Source: Alphaproteobacteria bacterium (lineage in GTDB: Bacteria > Pseudomonadota > Alphaproteobacteria > UBA828). From it: 64,000 nt of DNA. The DNA lies in assembly GCA_963667785.2 (NCBI GenBank), contig CAXXMU010000006.1, positions 352,001 to 416,000 on the forward strand. The letters run 5' to 3'. The position numbers were made by a program, and so were the translations under genes. Below, one piece after another: positions 43,402 through 54,542 of the stretch; the first letter of the stretch is position 1; each line of letters begins with the position of its first letter. The notes beneath the pieces were generated by a model. The model was not told the origin of the DNA. It saw nothing but the letters and a program-made list of their open reading frames with translations, and did not search any database.

Positions 43402-44843
43402 GAGAGCGACCCCGCAGGGCTCATCGCCCTTCGGCCGTCCCTGAGCCCGTCCAGCGCATCGGGCAGCGCCCGTGCCCAGTGGGTGATGCTGCCGGCACCG
43501 AGACAGACGACGAGGTCGCCGGGATCCACGAGCGTATCGATCAGCGCCGGCAGCGCGTCGGGCGAGTCGAGCGGGAGCACGTGGCGGTGGCCGTGGCGCC
43601 ACAGGCCTTCCACCAGCGCCTCGCGGTCGATCCCGTCGATCGGCTCTTCGCCGGCGGCGTGGACGTCGGCGACCACGACCGTGTCGGCATCGTTGAAGCA
43701 GGTGCAGAACTCCTCGAACAGGTCGCGCAGGCGGGTGTAGCGATGGGGCTGCACGACCGCGACGATGCGTCGCTCGTAGGCGCTGCGCGCGGCGCTGAGG
43801 ACCGCGGCGATCTCGACCGGGTGGTGGCCGTAGTCGTCGATCACCGTGACCCCGCCGGCGACGCCGACCTTGGTGAAACGCCGCTCGACACCGCCGAAGC
43901 CGGCAAGCGCCCGCCGGATCACGCCGTCGGAAAGCCCCATCTCGCGGCCGATGGCGATGGCGGCCAGCGCGTTCTGCACATTGTGGGCGCCGAGCATCGG
44001 CAGCCGTACGCCCTCCATCGCGCCGCGCCGCTCGTGGACGTAGCCGGAGATGACGACGTCGAAGGTGGAGCCGAGCGAGTCGCCCGCGACGTTGACCGCG
44101 CGCACCTCGGCCTGGGGGCTCATGCCGTAGGTGACGACGCGCCGGTCCTCGATGCGTCCGATCAGGGCCTGCACCTCGGGGTGGTCGATGCAGAGCGCGG
44201 CAACGCCGTAGAAGGGGATGTTCTCGACGAAGGACCGGTAGGCCCACCGCACGGCCTCGAAGTCGCCGTAGAACTCCATGTGCTCGCGGTCGATGTTGGT
44301 GATGACGGCGGCGATCGCCGGCAGCTTGACGAAGCTGCCGTCGGATTCGTCGGCCTCAACGACCATCCACTCGCCGGCGCCGAGGCGCGCGTTGGTGCCG
44401 TAGGCGTTGATGATGCCGCCGTTGATGACGGTCGGGTCGAGCCCGGCGCCGTCGAGCAGGGCCGCGATGATGGAGGTCGTGGTCGTCTTGCCGTGGGTGC
44501 CCGCGACGGCCACCGACCATTTGAGCCGCATCAGCTCGGCCAGCATCTCGGCCCGACGGACCACGGGGATGTGGCGCTCGCGTGCGGTCACGACCTCGAC
44601 GTTGTCCTCGTCGATGGCCGACGAGACCACCAGCACCGCCACGTCATCCAGGGCCTCGGCGCCGTGACCCTGCGTGATGGAGATCCCGAGGGCGCGCAGC
44701 CGACGCACGGTCGCACTCTCTGCGATATCGCTGCCTTGGACGCGGTAGCCGAGGTTATGCATGATCTCGGCGATGCCGCTCATGCCGATCCCGCCGATCC
44801 CGACGAAATGGATCGTGCCGATGGAGAAGGGCAGCGCCTTCAT
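43398..44843 (-). CDS. murC: UDP-N-acetylmuramate--L-alanine ligase
   Basis: [30 protein letters not shown] and QPHRYTR motifs; start 44843. Confidence 0.98.
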   Translation of the reverse strand: MKALPFSIGTIHFVGIGGIGMSGIAEIMHNLGYRVQGSDIAESATVRRLRALGISITQGHGAEALDDVAVLVVSSAIDEDNVEVVTARERHIPVVRRAEMLAELMRLKWSVAVAGTHGKTTTTSIIAALLDGAGLDPTVINGGIINAYGTNARLGAGEWMVVEADESDGSFVKLPAIAAVITNIDREHMEFYGDFEAVRWAYRSFVENIPFYGVAALCIDHPEVQALIGRIEDRRVVTYGMSPQAEVRAVNVAGDSLGSTFDVVISGYVHERRGAMEGVRLPMLGAHNVQNALAAIAIGREMGLSDGVIRRALAGFGGVERRFTKVGVAGGVTVIDDYGHHPVEIAAVLSAARSAYERRIVAVVQPHRYTRLRDLFEEFCTCFNDADTVVVADVHAAGEEPIDGIDREALVEGLWRHGHRHVLPLDSPDALPALIDTLVDPGDLVVCLGAGSITHWARALPDALDGLRDGRRAMSPAGSLS

Positions 44844-45994
44844 GCCGTGCCCCCGGCGTTTTCGGGCAGGGGCGAGCCGGCATGGCCGGCACCGATCAGA
44901 CCCTCGACGAGGTCCGCCAGGGCGTGCGCGGAATCGGGCCGGGCGAGGCGCCGCGCCGCGGCCGCCTGCGCCGTCAGCTCCGAAGGATCGGCCATCAGCG
45001 CATCGAGCTCGCGCGCGAGCCGGTCCGGCGTGAACGCCTGCTGCTGGATCATGATCGCGGCGCCGGCCGCGACCAGGGCCCGCCCGTTGACGCTCTGGTG
45101 GTCGTCGGCCGCGATCGGCAGCGGCACCAGGAGCGCCGGCCTGGCGGCCGCGGCGAGCTCGGCGATGGTGGAGGCGCCGGCGCGGCAGATCACCAGATGC
45201 GCCTCGCCGAGCCGGGCCGGCATGTCGTCGAAGAAGGATTCGAGCCGGGCCGGCACCCCGGCCTCGGCATAGTGGCGCTCCACGTCCGCAAGATCCTCCG
45301 GACGACATTGCTGGCTCACCTCGATGCGCCGCCGCAGCGCGGGCGGCAGCGCCGCGAGGGCTGCCGGCACGACATCGGCGAAGACGCGGGCGCCCTGGCT
45401 CCCGCCGGTGACCAGCAGCCGGAACGGCCCGTCCGGCGCGGGCGGGTCGTAGCGGGTGCCGCGCAGGGCTGCGATGGCGGCCCGAACCGGGTTGCCGACG
45501 CAGGTGACACGGCCCGCACGGTCGCGGGGGATGCGTTCGGTCTCGGGGAACGACGTGGCGATTGCCGAGGCGCGCCGGGCGAGCAGCCGGTTGGCGCGGC
45601 CGAGCACCGCATTCTGCTCGTGCAGCACGCTGGGGATGCCGAGCCGCCCGCTCGCCACCAGCGGCGGCACCGACGGGTAGCCGCCGAAGCCGACGGCGGC
45701 AGCGGGCCGGATGCGGCGCAGGAGCCGCGCCGCCTGTACCACCGCGCAGACCAGCCCGAGCACGGCGAGCCCGCGCGCCACGGGGCCGCGCGCGCTGGGG
45801 CTGCGGACTGCGATGGCGTGTCTTTCGATGCGCCCGAGTACGTCGCCGAAGGCGGCGCCCCTCCGATCCGTCATGAGGACAAGACGACGGCCACGCGCCT
45901 CCAGCTCGGCCGCAAGGGCCTCTGCCGGGAACACGTGGCCGCCAGTTCCGCCTGCTGCGAGGAGAATGGGAGGGTTGAGCGCAGGCGTAGTCAC
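44840..45994 (-). CDS. murG: Lipid II N-acetylglucosaminyltransferase
   Basis: GGTGGH, GFGGY, HEQN, GGSQGA and RAGAST motifs; GTG start 45994. Confidence 0.97.
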   Translation of the reverse strand: MTTPALNPPILLAAGGTGGHVFPAEALAAELEARGRRLVLMTDRRGAAFGDVLGRIERHAIAVRSPSARGPVARGLAVLGLVCAVVQAARLLRRIRPAAAVGFGGYPSVPPLVASGRLGIPSVLHEQNAVLGRANRLLARRASAIATSFPETERIPRDRAGRVTCVGNPVRAAIAALRGTRYDPPAPDGPFRLLVTGGSQGARVFADVVPAALAALPPALRRRIEVSQQCRPEDLADVERHYAEAGVPARLESFFDDMPARLGEAHLVICRAGASTIAELAAAARPALLVPLPIAADDHQSVNGRALVAAGAAIMIQQQAFTPDRLARELDALMADPSELTAQAAAARRLARPDSAHALADLVEGLIGAGHAGSPLPENAGGTA

Positions 45995-47127
45995 AATCCG
46001 TATCCTTCCGCGCTTCGCCGCTCGCGGGTCAGCGCGAGCACCATGCCGAGACCGACGGCGGTCGCCATCGTCGACGAGCCTCCGTAGCTCAGGAACGGAA
46101 GGGTCATTCCCTTGGCGGGCAGGAGCCTGATGGCGACTCCCATGTTGATCAGAGCCTGAAGGCCGAACTGGGCGAGCAGGCCGGAGACCGCGACCAGCAC
46201 GAACAGGTCGCCGCCGCGCATGATGCGGGCGAAGCCGCGGAACACGACGAAGCCGAACAGCCCGATGATGACGATGCAGGCGATGACGCCGAACTCCTCG
46301 CCGGCCACGGCGAAGATGAAGTCGGTGTGCGCATCGGGCAGCGAATTCTTGACCACGCCCTCGCCGGGGCCGCGGCCGAACAGTCCGCCCGCCTCGAAGG
46401 CGCGGAGCGAGGTGTCGACCTGATAGGTGTCGCTGGACGCGGGGTCGATGAACTGATCGATGCGGCTCTTGACGTGGGTCAGGTGGAGATAGGCGGCCAC
46501 GAGGCCTCCGGCCGTCGCCGCAGCCCCCAGCACGACCCAGATCAGCGGCATGCCGGCCACGAACATCTGCACGAACCAGACGGCGGCCACCGTCGTCGCC
46601 ATTCCGATGTCGGGCTGCAGGACGAGGAGCAGCGCGGCCAGCACTACGGGAGCCGAGGCCACGAGCTTGCCGTGGGGCAGTTGCCGGTCGCGCGGACGCG
46701 TGAGGATGACTGCCATGAACACGGCAAGGCAGGGCTTGACGAATTCCGACGGCTGCAGGAGGAAGTCGCCCAGCACCAGCCATCGGCGCGCGCCGTTCAG
46801 CTCCACGCCGACGACGAGCGTGAGCGCGAGCAGGGCGATGGCGACCACCGTGCCGGCGGTGCCGATCCTCTGCACGCCGGTGCGGGAGAGCAGCGAGACA
46901 CCGAGCATCACGACCAGCGCGAGCGGCAGGAAGAGCAACTGCTGCCGGGCGAAGTGGAAGGGATCGAGGCCGATCCGCTCGCCGGCTGCCGGGCTCGCAG
47001 CCAATGCCAGCGCGGCGCCGATCAGCATGAGCAGCATCACCGCCGTCAGCGTCCAGCGGTCGACGGTCCACCACCAGCGTCCGAGCAGGCTGGTGTCGGT
47101 GCGGGAGAAGGGGGTTACCGTGTGCAC
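45991..47127 (-). CDS. ftsW: Peptidoglycan glycosyltransferase FtsW
   Basis: [21 protein letters not shown] and P.LSYGGSS motifs. Confidence 0.97.
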   Translation of the reverse strand: MHTVTPFSRTDTSLLGRWWWTVDRWTLTAVMLLMLIGAALALAASPAAGERIGLDPFHFARQQLLFLPLALVVMLGVSLLSRTGVQRIGTAGTVVAIALLALTLVVGVELNGARRWLVLGDFLLQPSEFVKPCLAVFMAVILTRPRDRQLPHGKLVASAPVVLAALLLVLQPDIGMATTVAAVWFVQMFVAGMPLIWVVLGAAATAGGLVAAYLHLTHVKSRIDQFIDPASSDTYQVDTSLRAFEAGGLFGRGPGEGVVKNSLPDAHTDFIFAVAGEEFGVIACIVIIGLFGFVVFRGFARIMRGGDLFVLVAVSGLLAQFGLQALINMGVAIRLLPAKGMTLPFLSYGGSSTMATAVGLGMVLALTRERRSAEGYGL

Positions 47128-48494
47128 GGCCGGCCCTCCTCCGCTCGGGAAGCGCGATCGGCGGGGATCAGCGCGCAGAACGCCTCGCCGCGCTGCTCGA
47201 AGTCGCTGAACTGGTCGAACGACGCGCAGGCCGGCGAGAACAGCACCACCGTGCCGTCCCTTCCGTTGCGACGGGCGGCGTCCAGCGCCGCCGTCACCGC
47301 GCGGTCGAGAGTGCCGCAGCGGGTCACCGGCAACCGGCCCTCGAGCGTCGCCGCGAAGCGGTCCTCCGCCTCGCCGATGAGGAAGGCGTGGGCGATACGC
47401 GGGAAGACGGGCGCCAGCGCGTCGATGCCGCCCTCCTTGGGTCGCCCTCCGGCGATCCAGTAGACAGTGTCGAAGCAGGCGATGGCGCGGGCGGCCGCCT
47501 CGGCGTTGGTCGCCTTGCTGTCGTTGATGACCGGGATTCCGTCGACGAAGCCGATCCGCTCCATGCGGTGTGGCAAGCCGGGGAAATCGAGCAGCGCACG
47601 CACCAGTGGTTCTGGCGCAAGGCCGCAGGCCCGTGCCGCCGCGTAGGCCGCAGCGGCGTTCTGCCAGTTGTGCCTGCCGGTCAGCGCCGCTGCCTGGGAG
47701 AGATCGCAGACCGGCTCGCCGTCTTCGTGCAGCACCCCGTCGGCGACGGAGACGCCCCGGGGCGAGCGGCCCGCGGCGGTCACCGGCACCACCCGCAGCC
47801 GGCGCCGCGTGCGGAGCGTGTCGTGGGCCTCCCGCGAAATCGGATCATCGACGCCGACGACCGCGGTGCCGAGACGGCCGGGGCGGAAGATCTGGCGCTT
47901 GGCGTCGACATAGGCCGTCATCGACCCATGCCGGTCGAGATGGTCGGGCGCCACGTTCAGCAGCACGGCGATGTCGAAGGTCGCCTCGATGGTGAGATCG
48001 AGCTGATAGGACGAGAGTTCGAGCACGAAGATCCCGTCGCCGATGATGGGTGCGAGATCGAGGGCGGGCGTTCCCAGGTTGCCGCCCACGCGGACATGGC
48101 GGACGCCGGCACCCCGCAGCAGGTGGCCGATGAGGGCGGTGGTCGTCGACTTCCCGTTGGTGCCGGTGACGGCGATGTAGCGAGGCTCCGGCAGGGTGCG
48201 CCAGAGGAGCTCGATGTCGCCGACCACCTCGAGGCCGCTGTCGTGGGCGGCCTTCACCATGGGGTGTGAGAGCGGAATGCCGGGGCTCGGCACCAGGGCG
48301 GCGACCCCGTCGCGCGCAGCCCAGCGGCGCACCTCGAGGCCGCTCTCGCGCGCCCTCTCGCGCGCGGCCGGCAGATCGTCCCAGCAGAGCGGACGAGAGC
48401 CGCCGGCATCGAGAGCCCGCGCCGCGGCAAGGCCCGAGCGCGCGAGCCCGAGCACGGCCACCGGCCGGTCTCTGTAGAGGGGGACCGGGATCAC
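47115..48494 (-). CDS. murD: UDP-MurNAc-L-Ala--D-Glu ligase
   Basis: GTNGKSTT, ELSSYQ, DHLDRH, NDSKATN and SPACASFDQF motifs. Confidence 0.98.
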   Translation of the reverse strand: MIPVPLYRDRPVAVLGLARSGLAAARALDAGGSRPLCWDDLPAARERARESGLEVRRWAARDGVAALVPSPGIPLSHPMVKAAHDSGLEVVGDIELLWRTLPEPRYIAVTGTNGKSTTTALIGHLLRGAGVRHVRVGGNLGTPALDLAPIIGDGIFVLELSSYQLDLTIEATFDIAVLLNVAPDHLDRHGSMTAYVDAKRQIFRPGRLGTAVVGVDDPISREAHDTLRTRRRLRVVPVTAAGRSPRGVSVADGVLHEDGEPVCDLSQAAALTGRHNWQNAAAAYAAARACGLAPEPLVRALLDFPGLPHRMERIGFVDGIPVINDSKATNAEAAARAIACFDTVYWIAGGRPKEGGIDALAPVFPRIAHAFLIGEAEDRFAATLEGRLPVTRCGTLDRAVTAALDAARRNGRDGTVVLFSPACASFDQFSDFEQRGEAFCALIPADRASRAEEGRPCTR

Positions 48495-48498
48495 GGGC

Positions 48499-49584
48499 TC
48501 ACCTCAGCTTGAGCGTCGAGAGCCCGATCAGGGCGAGGATCACGGCGACCACCCAGAAGCGGATGACGATGGTCGGCTCCGCGACCCCCTTCTTCTCGAA
48601 ATGGTGGTGGAGCGGCGCCATGGCGAAGACCCGCCGCCCCAGGAGCTTGAACGAGGCAACCTGCATGATCACCGAGACCGCCTCGAGCACGAAGAGACCG
48701 CCGACGATGGCAAGCACGATCTCGTGCTTGGTCATCACGGCGATGAGGCCCAGCGCCGCGCCGGTGGAGAGCGAGCCGGTATCGCCCATGAAGACCATCG
48801 CCGGCGGCGCGTTGAACCAGAGGAAGCCGAGCCCGGCGCCGACCAGAGCACCGCAGAACACCGCCAACTCGCCCGAGCCGGGCACGTGATGGACCTGGAG
48901 ATACTCGGTGAACACGCTGTTGCCGACGACGTAGGCGATCAGCGCGAAGCAGGCGGCGGCAATCATGATCGGCACGATGGCGAGGCCGTCGAGACCGTCG
49001 GTCAGGTTGACCGCATTGGACGAGCCGATGACGACGAAGGCGGCGAACGGCACCGAGAACCAGCCAATGTCGACCAGCAGCGACTTCACGAACGGCAGTG
49101 CGAGGCCGTGATCGAGCGGCGCGTCCAGGATCATCGTGACCCAGAAGACGACTCCCACCGCCAGCGCCAGCTCGGCAGCGACCTTGATGCGGATGTCGAG
49201 GCCGCGATGGCTGCGGTTCAGGAGCTTGAGAGCGTCGTCCGCAAAGCCGATGGCGCCGAAGCCGATCGTGGCCACCAGCAGCACCCAGACGAGCGCATTG
49301 GTCATGTCGGCCCAGAGCAGCGTGGCCACGGTGACGGCGAGCAGGATCAGCACGCCGCCCATGGTCGGCGTGCCCTGCTTGGCCGCATGACTCTCCGGGC
49401 CGTCGCTGCGAATCGGCTGGCCGTGCGCCTGACGCGCCCGCAGCATGCGAATGAGGCCGGGACCCAGGGCGAAGCTGATGAGCAGCCCCGTGAGCACCGC
49501 CGCGCCGGTGCGGAACGTCAGATACTGGAAGACGTTGAAGGCGCCGATGGAATCCGAGAGCGGATAGAGGAGGTTGTAGACCAT
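48499..49584 (-). CDS. mraY: Phospho-N-acetylmuramoyl-pentapeptide transferase
   Basis: [25 protein letters not shown] and MAPLHHHFE motifs. Confidence 0.98.
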   Translation of the reverse strand: MVYNLLYPLSDSIGAFNVFQYLTFRTGAAVLTGLLISFALGPGLIRMLRARQAHGQPIRSDGPESHAAKQGTPTMGGVLILLAVTVATLLWADMTNALVWVLLVATIGFGAIGFADDALKLLNRSHRGLDIRIKVAAELALAVGVVFWVTMILDAPLDHGLALPFVKSLLVDIGWFSVPFAAFVVIGSSNAVNLTDGLDGLAIVPIMIAAACFALIAYVVGNSVFTEYLQVHHVPGSGELAVFCGALVGAGLGFLWFNAPPAMVFMGDTGSLSTGAALGLIAVMTKHEIVLAIVGGLFVLEAVSVIMQVASFKLLGRRVFAMAPLHHHFEKKGVAEPTIVIRFWVVAVILALIGLSTLKLR

Positions 49585-49605
49585 GGCGCCCCTCGCTCAC
49601 CCCGC

Positions 49606-51036
49606 TCATGGCCGGTTGGCCGGCGCCGCGCCGGCCGCGAGGCGCCGCACGATCTGGCCCATGCGACTCCCGAGCGAACCTTTGACGAGAACCACGTCGC
49701 CGGCGCGGATCTCGGCACGGACGATATCGGCCAGACTTTCCGAATCCGGCGTATGCGCCCCGCGCCGGGCGGGCTCCAGGGTGCCGTGCAGGTGGGCCAT
49801 CAGGGGACCCGCGGTGAAGACGAGGTCGATCCCGGCCGCGTCGATGTCGCCGGCGAGCTCGGCATGCCAGCGGGCCGCCGCCTCGCCGAGCTCCAGCATG
49901 TCGCCGAGCACGGCAATACGCCGCCCGCCCGGCGCGGGCGGTGCAGTCTCCGCCAGCGTGGCGATCGCAGCGCGGACCGCCGCCGGGCTCGCGTTGTAGC
50001 TCTCGTCGATGAGCTCGAAGAGACCGCCTGCGACGGGGATCCGGTGGCGCACCCCGCGGCCCGGCACGGGCGCGACCGTGCGGAGCGCACGGGCCGCACG
50101 TTCGAGCGGCGCGCCGGCGGCCCGCGCGGCGGCCAGCACGGCCACGCTGTTCAGCGCCCAGTGCCGGCCGGCGAACGCGATCTCGTAGTCGAGCGCGGTG
50201 CCCTCGATCGCGGCGGTGACGGTGCCGCCGGCAGCGGCCGGCCGCCAGGCGAGGAGGCGCGCCTCGGCCCCCTCGGCCTCGCCGAACGAGACGATGCGGC
50301 TCACGCCGGCCGCGCGCGCGGCAGCGGCCAGGCGGTCGAAATAGGCGTTGTCGCGGTTCAGGATCGCGGTGCCGCCCGGCTCGATACCCTGGAAGATTTC
50401 CGCCTTCGCATCGGCCACGGCATCGAGGCCGGAGAACGCCTCGGTATGAGCCGGCGCGATCGTTGTGATCAGCGCGGTGTACGGGCGGATCAGGCGCGAC
50501 AGCGGGGCGATCTCGCCGGGATGGTTCATCCCGGCCTCGAACACGCCGAAACGCGCCCCCTGCGGCAGGCGGGCGAGGCTGAGGGGAACGCCGATATGGT
50601 TGTTGAGGTTACCCGCGCTCGCGTGCGTGGGGCCGCAGCGCCTTAGCGCGCCGGCGAGCAGCTCCTTGGTCCCCGTCTTGCCGACGCTGCCGGTGATCGC
50701 CACGACGTGGGCGGCACTCCGCTCGCGCGCCTGAGCCGCGAGCGTACGCAGGCCCTCGAAGGTATCGACGACCAGCAGCAGCGGCGCGCCGGCGACGCCC
50801 GTTCCGGGCCGGCGGCTCACCATCGCCGCCGCCGCCTCCCGCTCGAACGCCGCCTGCACGAAGTCATGGCCGTCATGGTTGGGGCCGGCGAGCGCGACGA
50901 AGAGATCGCCCGCCTCGACGCTGCGACTGTCGATGGAGACGCCAGTGGCGCTCCAGGGCTCGGGCGCGTTGCCGCCGGTGGCGGCGGCGGCCTCCGCCGA
51001 GGTCCAGAGCGGGATCACGTTCGACGTCTCGCTCAT
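49606..51036 (-). CDS. murF: UDP-MurNAc-tripeptide--D-Ala-D-Ala ligase
   Basis: TGSVGKT.TKE, NNHIGVPL, DESYNA and GDMLELG motifs; start 51036. Confidence 0.97.
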   Translation of the reverse strand: MSETSNVIPLWTSAEAAAATGGNAPEPWSATGVSIDSRSVEAGDLFVALAGPNHDGHDFVQAAFEREAAAAMVSRRPGTGVAGAPLLLVVDTFEGLRTLAAQARERSAAHVVAITGSVGKTGTKELLAGALRRCGPTHASAGNLNNHIGVPLSLARLPQGARFGVFEAGMNHPGEIAPLSRLIRPYTALITTIAPAHTEAFSGLDAVADAKAEIFQGIEPGGTAILNRDNAYFDRLAAAARAAGVSRIVSFGEAEGAEARLLAWRPAAAGGTVTAAIEGTALDYEIAFAGRHWALNSVAVLAAARAAGAPLERAARALRTVAPVPGRGVRHRIPVAGGLFELIDESYNASPAAVRAAIATLAETAPPAPGGRRIAVLGDMLELGEAAARWHAELAGDIDAAGIDLVFTAGPLMAHLHGTLEPARRGAHTPDSESLADIVRAEIRAGDVVLVKGSLGSRMGQIVRRLAAGAAPANRP

Positions 51037-52487
51037 GCCGCCCGTCCGTTGGCGAGGCCGGCCACGGCACACCGCGCCGTCGCCACGTCGTCGAAGGCGA
51101 TGACGCGCCCGCCCACGACCTGCTCCTGTTCGTGGCCCTTGCCGGCGATGAGGAGGCCATCGCCCGTGCCCAGCCCGTCGATGGCGGCCCGGATGGCCTC
51201 GCCGCGATCGCCGATTTCCGCCGCACCGGGGCAGGCATCGAGGATCGCCCGCCTGATGGCCGCCGGCTCCTCGCCGCGGGGATTGTCGTCGGTGACGACG
51301 ATGCGGTCGGCGAAACGTGCCGCGATCGCGCCCATCTCACCCCGCTTGCCGACATCCCGCTCGCCGCCGCAGCCGAAGACGAGAACCAGCGTCCCCGGCA
51401 CCAGCGGGCGAAGGGACTCGAGCGCCGTGGCCAGCGCATCCGGCGTGTGCGCGTAGTCGACGAAGATGGCGGCGCCGGCCGGATGGCCCGGAACCTGCTG
51501 CAGCCTGCCAGGCACGCCGGCGAGAGCGCCGAGCGCGCCGAGCGCGGCTTCGGTCTCCACCCCCGTCGCCAGCGCGAGGCCGAGAGCGGCGAGCGCGTTC
51601 ACGGCCTGGAAGGCGCCGGGAAGCGGCAGGGCCACCTCGTGCACCGCGTCGGCGACGGCGAGCGTGAGCGCCTGGCCCGCGCCGGTATCGCGACGCTCCA
51701 GCAGTCGCAGGTCGGCGCGCGCCGTGCCGAATGTGAGCACCCGCTGGCCCCGCGCGCGGCAGCGCGCGGCGAGCGGCGCCACGCGCTCGTCGTCGGCGTT
51801 GAGCACCGCGGTGCCGTCTGCCGCCAGAACCCGCTCGAAGAGACCTGCCTTGGCCGCGAAGTAGGCCTCGCCATCGGCGTGGTAGTCCATGTGATCGCGG
51901 GTGATGTTCGTGAACGCCGCGGCGACCACGCGGACGCCGTCGAGCCGGTACTGCGCGAGCCCATGGCTCGACGCCTCCAGCGCGACATGATCGACGCCGT
52001 CGGCGGCGAGCTCGGCGAGAACGCGATGCAGCGTGACCGGGTCGGGCGTGGTGTGCCGGAGCGGCGTGCGCCCGCCGTCCGCGCACGTGCCGAGGGTGCC
52101 GAGCGCCGCCGCCTTGCGGCCCGAGGCGCGCCAGATCTGGCGGGTGAAGTCGGCGACCGAGGTCTTGCCGTTGGTGCCGGTGACGCAGGCCACGACCGCC
52201 GGCTGGGCGCCGTAGAAGCGCGCCGCCATGAGCGCGAGCCGGCGCCGGGGATTGGGGTCGGTCACGAGCCTCACGCCGGGAGCGAGCGACGGGTCGGTGC
52301 CTTCCGGCGCGAGGACCGCGGCCGCGCCCCGCGCCGCGGCATCGGGGATGAAGTCGGCGCCGCGGGCACGGGTGCCGGCCAGCGCCGCGAACAGGTAGCC
52401 GGGCCTCACCTCGCGCGAATCGGAGGCGAGTCCCGTGATTTCCACGTCGTCCGCCGCCGGCCGGGGGATCAGCTCAGAGAGCAACAT
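51033..52487 (-). CDS. murE: UDP-MurNAc-dipeptide--meso-DAP ligase
   Basis: GTNGKTS, TTPDP, EASSH, DYAHTPD, DNPR (meso-DAP type) and AGKGHE motifs; start 52487. Confidence 0.98.
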   Translation of the reverse strand: MLLSELIPRPAADDVEITGLASDSREVRPGYLFAALAGTRARGADFIPDAAARGAAAVLAPEGTDPSLAPGVRLVTDPNPRRRLALMAARFYGAQPAVVACVTGTNGKTSVADFTRQIWRASGRKAAALGTLGTCADGGRTPLRHTTPDPVTLHRVLAELAADGVDHVALEASSHGLAQYRLDGVRVVAAAFTNITRDHMDYHADGEAYFAAKAGLFERVLAADGTAVLNADDERVAPLAARCRARGQRVLTFGTARADLRLLERRDTGAGQALTLAVADAVHEVALPLPGAFQAVNALAALGLALATGVETEAALGALGALAGVPGRLQQVPGHPAGAAIFVDYAHTPDALATALESLRPLVPGTLVLVFGCGGERDVGKRGEMGAIAARFADRIVVTDDNPRGEEPAAIRRAILDACPGAAEIGDRGEAIRAAIDGLGTGDGLLIAGKGHEQEQVVGGRVIAFDDVATARCAVAGLANGRAA

Positions 52488-54228
52488 GCTGCCCTCCGTC
52501 TGCGCCCTTGCGGCGCTCCGCGAACGGAGGTTCCTCTTCGCTCTCGCCTGCATCGACCGATGCCGGCACGCCGAGGAAGGGGGCGATCCGCTCGATCACC
52601 GCGCCGGCCACGGGAGCCGCCGTCCAGCCTGCCGTCGCGAAGCCGAAGGTCTCCTCGGTTCCCTTGGGCTCGTCGAGCAGCGTCAGCACCGCGTAGCGGG
52701 GCTCGTCGATGGGAAAGACGCCGACGAAGCTCGTGATCATGCTGTCGCGCTTGTAGCGGCCGCCGATGGCCTTTTCGGCGGTGCCGGTCTTGCCGCCCAC
52801 CAGGTAGCCGGGCACGGCCGCCTTCCTTCCCGTGCCCTCGGCAACCACCGCATAGAGGAGCATCCGCATGACGGCGGAGGTCTCGGCGCCGATGACCCGC
52901 CGCTGCTCGATATGCACGCCGGTCTCGCGCCGCAGCAGTGTGGGGGTGACGGCGATCCCGCCGTTGACGAGCGCCGCGTAGCCCGCGATCAGGTGCAGCG
53001 GTGTCACCGCGATGCCGTGGCCGAAGCCGATCGTCATCGTGCTGTGGGTCGACCAGCGCCGCGGCGCGATCGGCCGGCCTCGTTCCGAGGATTCCAGCGG
53101 CATCCGCGCGAGCATGCCGAGCGCCTCGAGAAAGCTTCGCTGACGCTCGCCGCCAACATGGACCGCCATCCGCGCGGCGCCGATGTTCGACGAGTGGATG
53201 AGAATCTCGGGCACCGTCAGCCAGCGGTTCTCCGGATGGTGGTCGCGGATGAGATGGCGCGAGACCCTGATCGGCTCGGTGGCGTCGTAGCTGTCTTCCA
53301 GCGCGGCCACGCCGAGGTCGAGAGCCATGGCGATGGTGAAGGGCTTGAAGGTGGAGCCGAGCTCGTAGGTGCCGAGGGTGGCGCGGTTGAAGCGGGCGTT
53401 CGTTGCGCTCCGGTCCGGCGCCTTGGGGTCGAATGACGGGAGGCTCACCAGAGCGAGCAGCTCGCCGCTCGTCACGTCCATCACCAGGCCGGCGGCGCCG
53501 ACTGCCCGATGGGTCGTCATGGCGTCGTCGAGCGCCTCGGCGAGCGCATGCTGGATCCGAATGTCGAGCGAGAGCGCGAGCGGGCCGTCCTGCTCCTCCG
53601 CTCGCCGGCGCAGCTCGTCGCCGGCCGCCTGCTCGATACCGGCCAGCCCCCGGTTGTCCACGTCGGTGAAGCCGACGGCGTGGGCGAAGAGGCGCCCCTG
53701 GGGATAGACCCGCTGGTCCTGCCGCTCCAGCCAGAGACCCGGCATGCCGAGCCGGTTGATGGCGTGGGCCTGCTCGGGCGTGAGGTCGTGCCTGAGCAGG
53801 GCGGTCGTCCTGCCGGAGTCGAGGAGGGCGGCGGTGCGGTCGAGGTCCTGATCGGGAAACACGCTGCCGATCGCGGCGATGGCCGCCTCGCGATCGAAGA
53901 TCTTGCCGGGTTCGACGTAGAGCGCGTGGGTGGGCAGGTTGGAGGCCAGGAGGACGCCGTTGCGATCCACGATATCGGCCCGCGCGACCGGCTGAGGGGC
54001 TCCGCCCGCACCGGCGCCGACGGTACCGGCCGGCACGCCGATCACCGCCACGTCGAGGGTGCGTACCACCAGTGCGCCGAAGAAGAGGAGAAAGACCACC
54101 CCGGTGGTCAGCAGGCGCCCGCGCGCACGCTCCAGCCGCTGGACGCGCGCGGGCTCCCCACTCTCGCGAAGATGCGGGACCCCTGCGCCGTAGCGGCCCC
54201 ACCAGCGTCTCACCGCCAGGTCCCTCAC
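52474..54228 (-). CDS. ftsI: Septal transpeptidase FtsI (PBP3)
   Basis: RADIVDRNG, STFK (SxxK), SSN and KTGTA motifs; probable GTG start 54228 overlapping the ftsL stop. Confidence 0.96.
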   Translation of the reverse strand: MRDLAVRRWWGRYGAGVPHLRESGEPARVQRLERARGRLLTTGVVFLLFFGALVVRTLDVAVIGVPAGTVGAGAGGAPQPVARADIVDRNGVLLASNLPTHALYVEPGKIFDREAAIAAIGSVFPDQDLDRTAALLDSGRTTALLRHDLTPEQAHAINRLGMPGLWLERQDQRVYPQGRLFAHAVGFTDVDNRGLAGIEQAAGDELRRRAEEQDGPLALSLDIRIQHALAEALDDAMTTHRAVGAAGLVMDVTSGELLALVSLPSFDPKAPDRSATNARFNRATLGTYELGSTFKPFTIAMALDLGVAALEDSYDATEPIRVSRHLIRDHHPENRWLTVPEILIHSSNIGAARMAVHVGGERQRSFLEALGMLARMPLESSERGRPIAPRRWSTHSTMTIGFGHGIAVTPLHLIAGYAALVNGGIAVTPTLLRRETGVHIEQRRVIGAETSAVMRMLLYAVVAEGTGRKAAVPGYLVGGKTGTAEKAIGGRYKRDSMITSFVGVFPIDEPRYAVLTLLDEPKGTEETFGFATAGWTAAPVAGAVIERIAPFLGVPASVDAGESEEEPPFAERRKGADGGQHVAL

Positions 54229-54542
54229 GGTCCGCGCTCCCCGCCGATCGGCGTCATCAGCGCCGGAAGACCGGCCGCCCGTTGCGGCAGCCAGCGAATC
54301 TGCGCGGCCTGCACCGGCTCGAGAGGGAGGTGGCGCGCGGCCAGGGTGGCGAGACGGGAGGGGCGCGTGAGGTAGCTCCACTCGGAGCGGAGCACCCGGA
54401 TCGCCTCGACATGGCGCTGGCGGTCGAGCTCGAGAAGCGCGAGCTCGCGCTCGAGCCCCCTCACCTCGTGCTTGACGAGGAAGAGCGCCAGCATCGCGAG
54501 CACGAATGCCGCTATCGATATGACGACCAGGGGCCGCATCAT
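54225..54542 (-). CDS. ftsL: Cell division protein FtsL
   Basis: TM plus coiled coil, alphaproteobacterial EW.YL..P.RL motif; between rsmH and ftsI. Confidence 0.88.
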   Translation of the reverse strand: MMRPLVVISIAAFVLAMLALFLVKHEVRGLERELALLELDRQRHVEAIRVLRSEWSYLTRPSRLATLAARHLPLEPVQAAQIRWLPQRAAGLPALMTPIGGERGP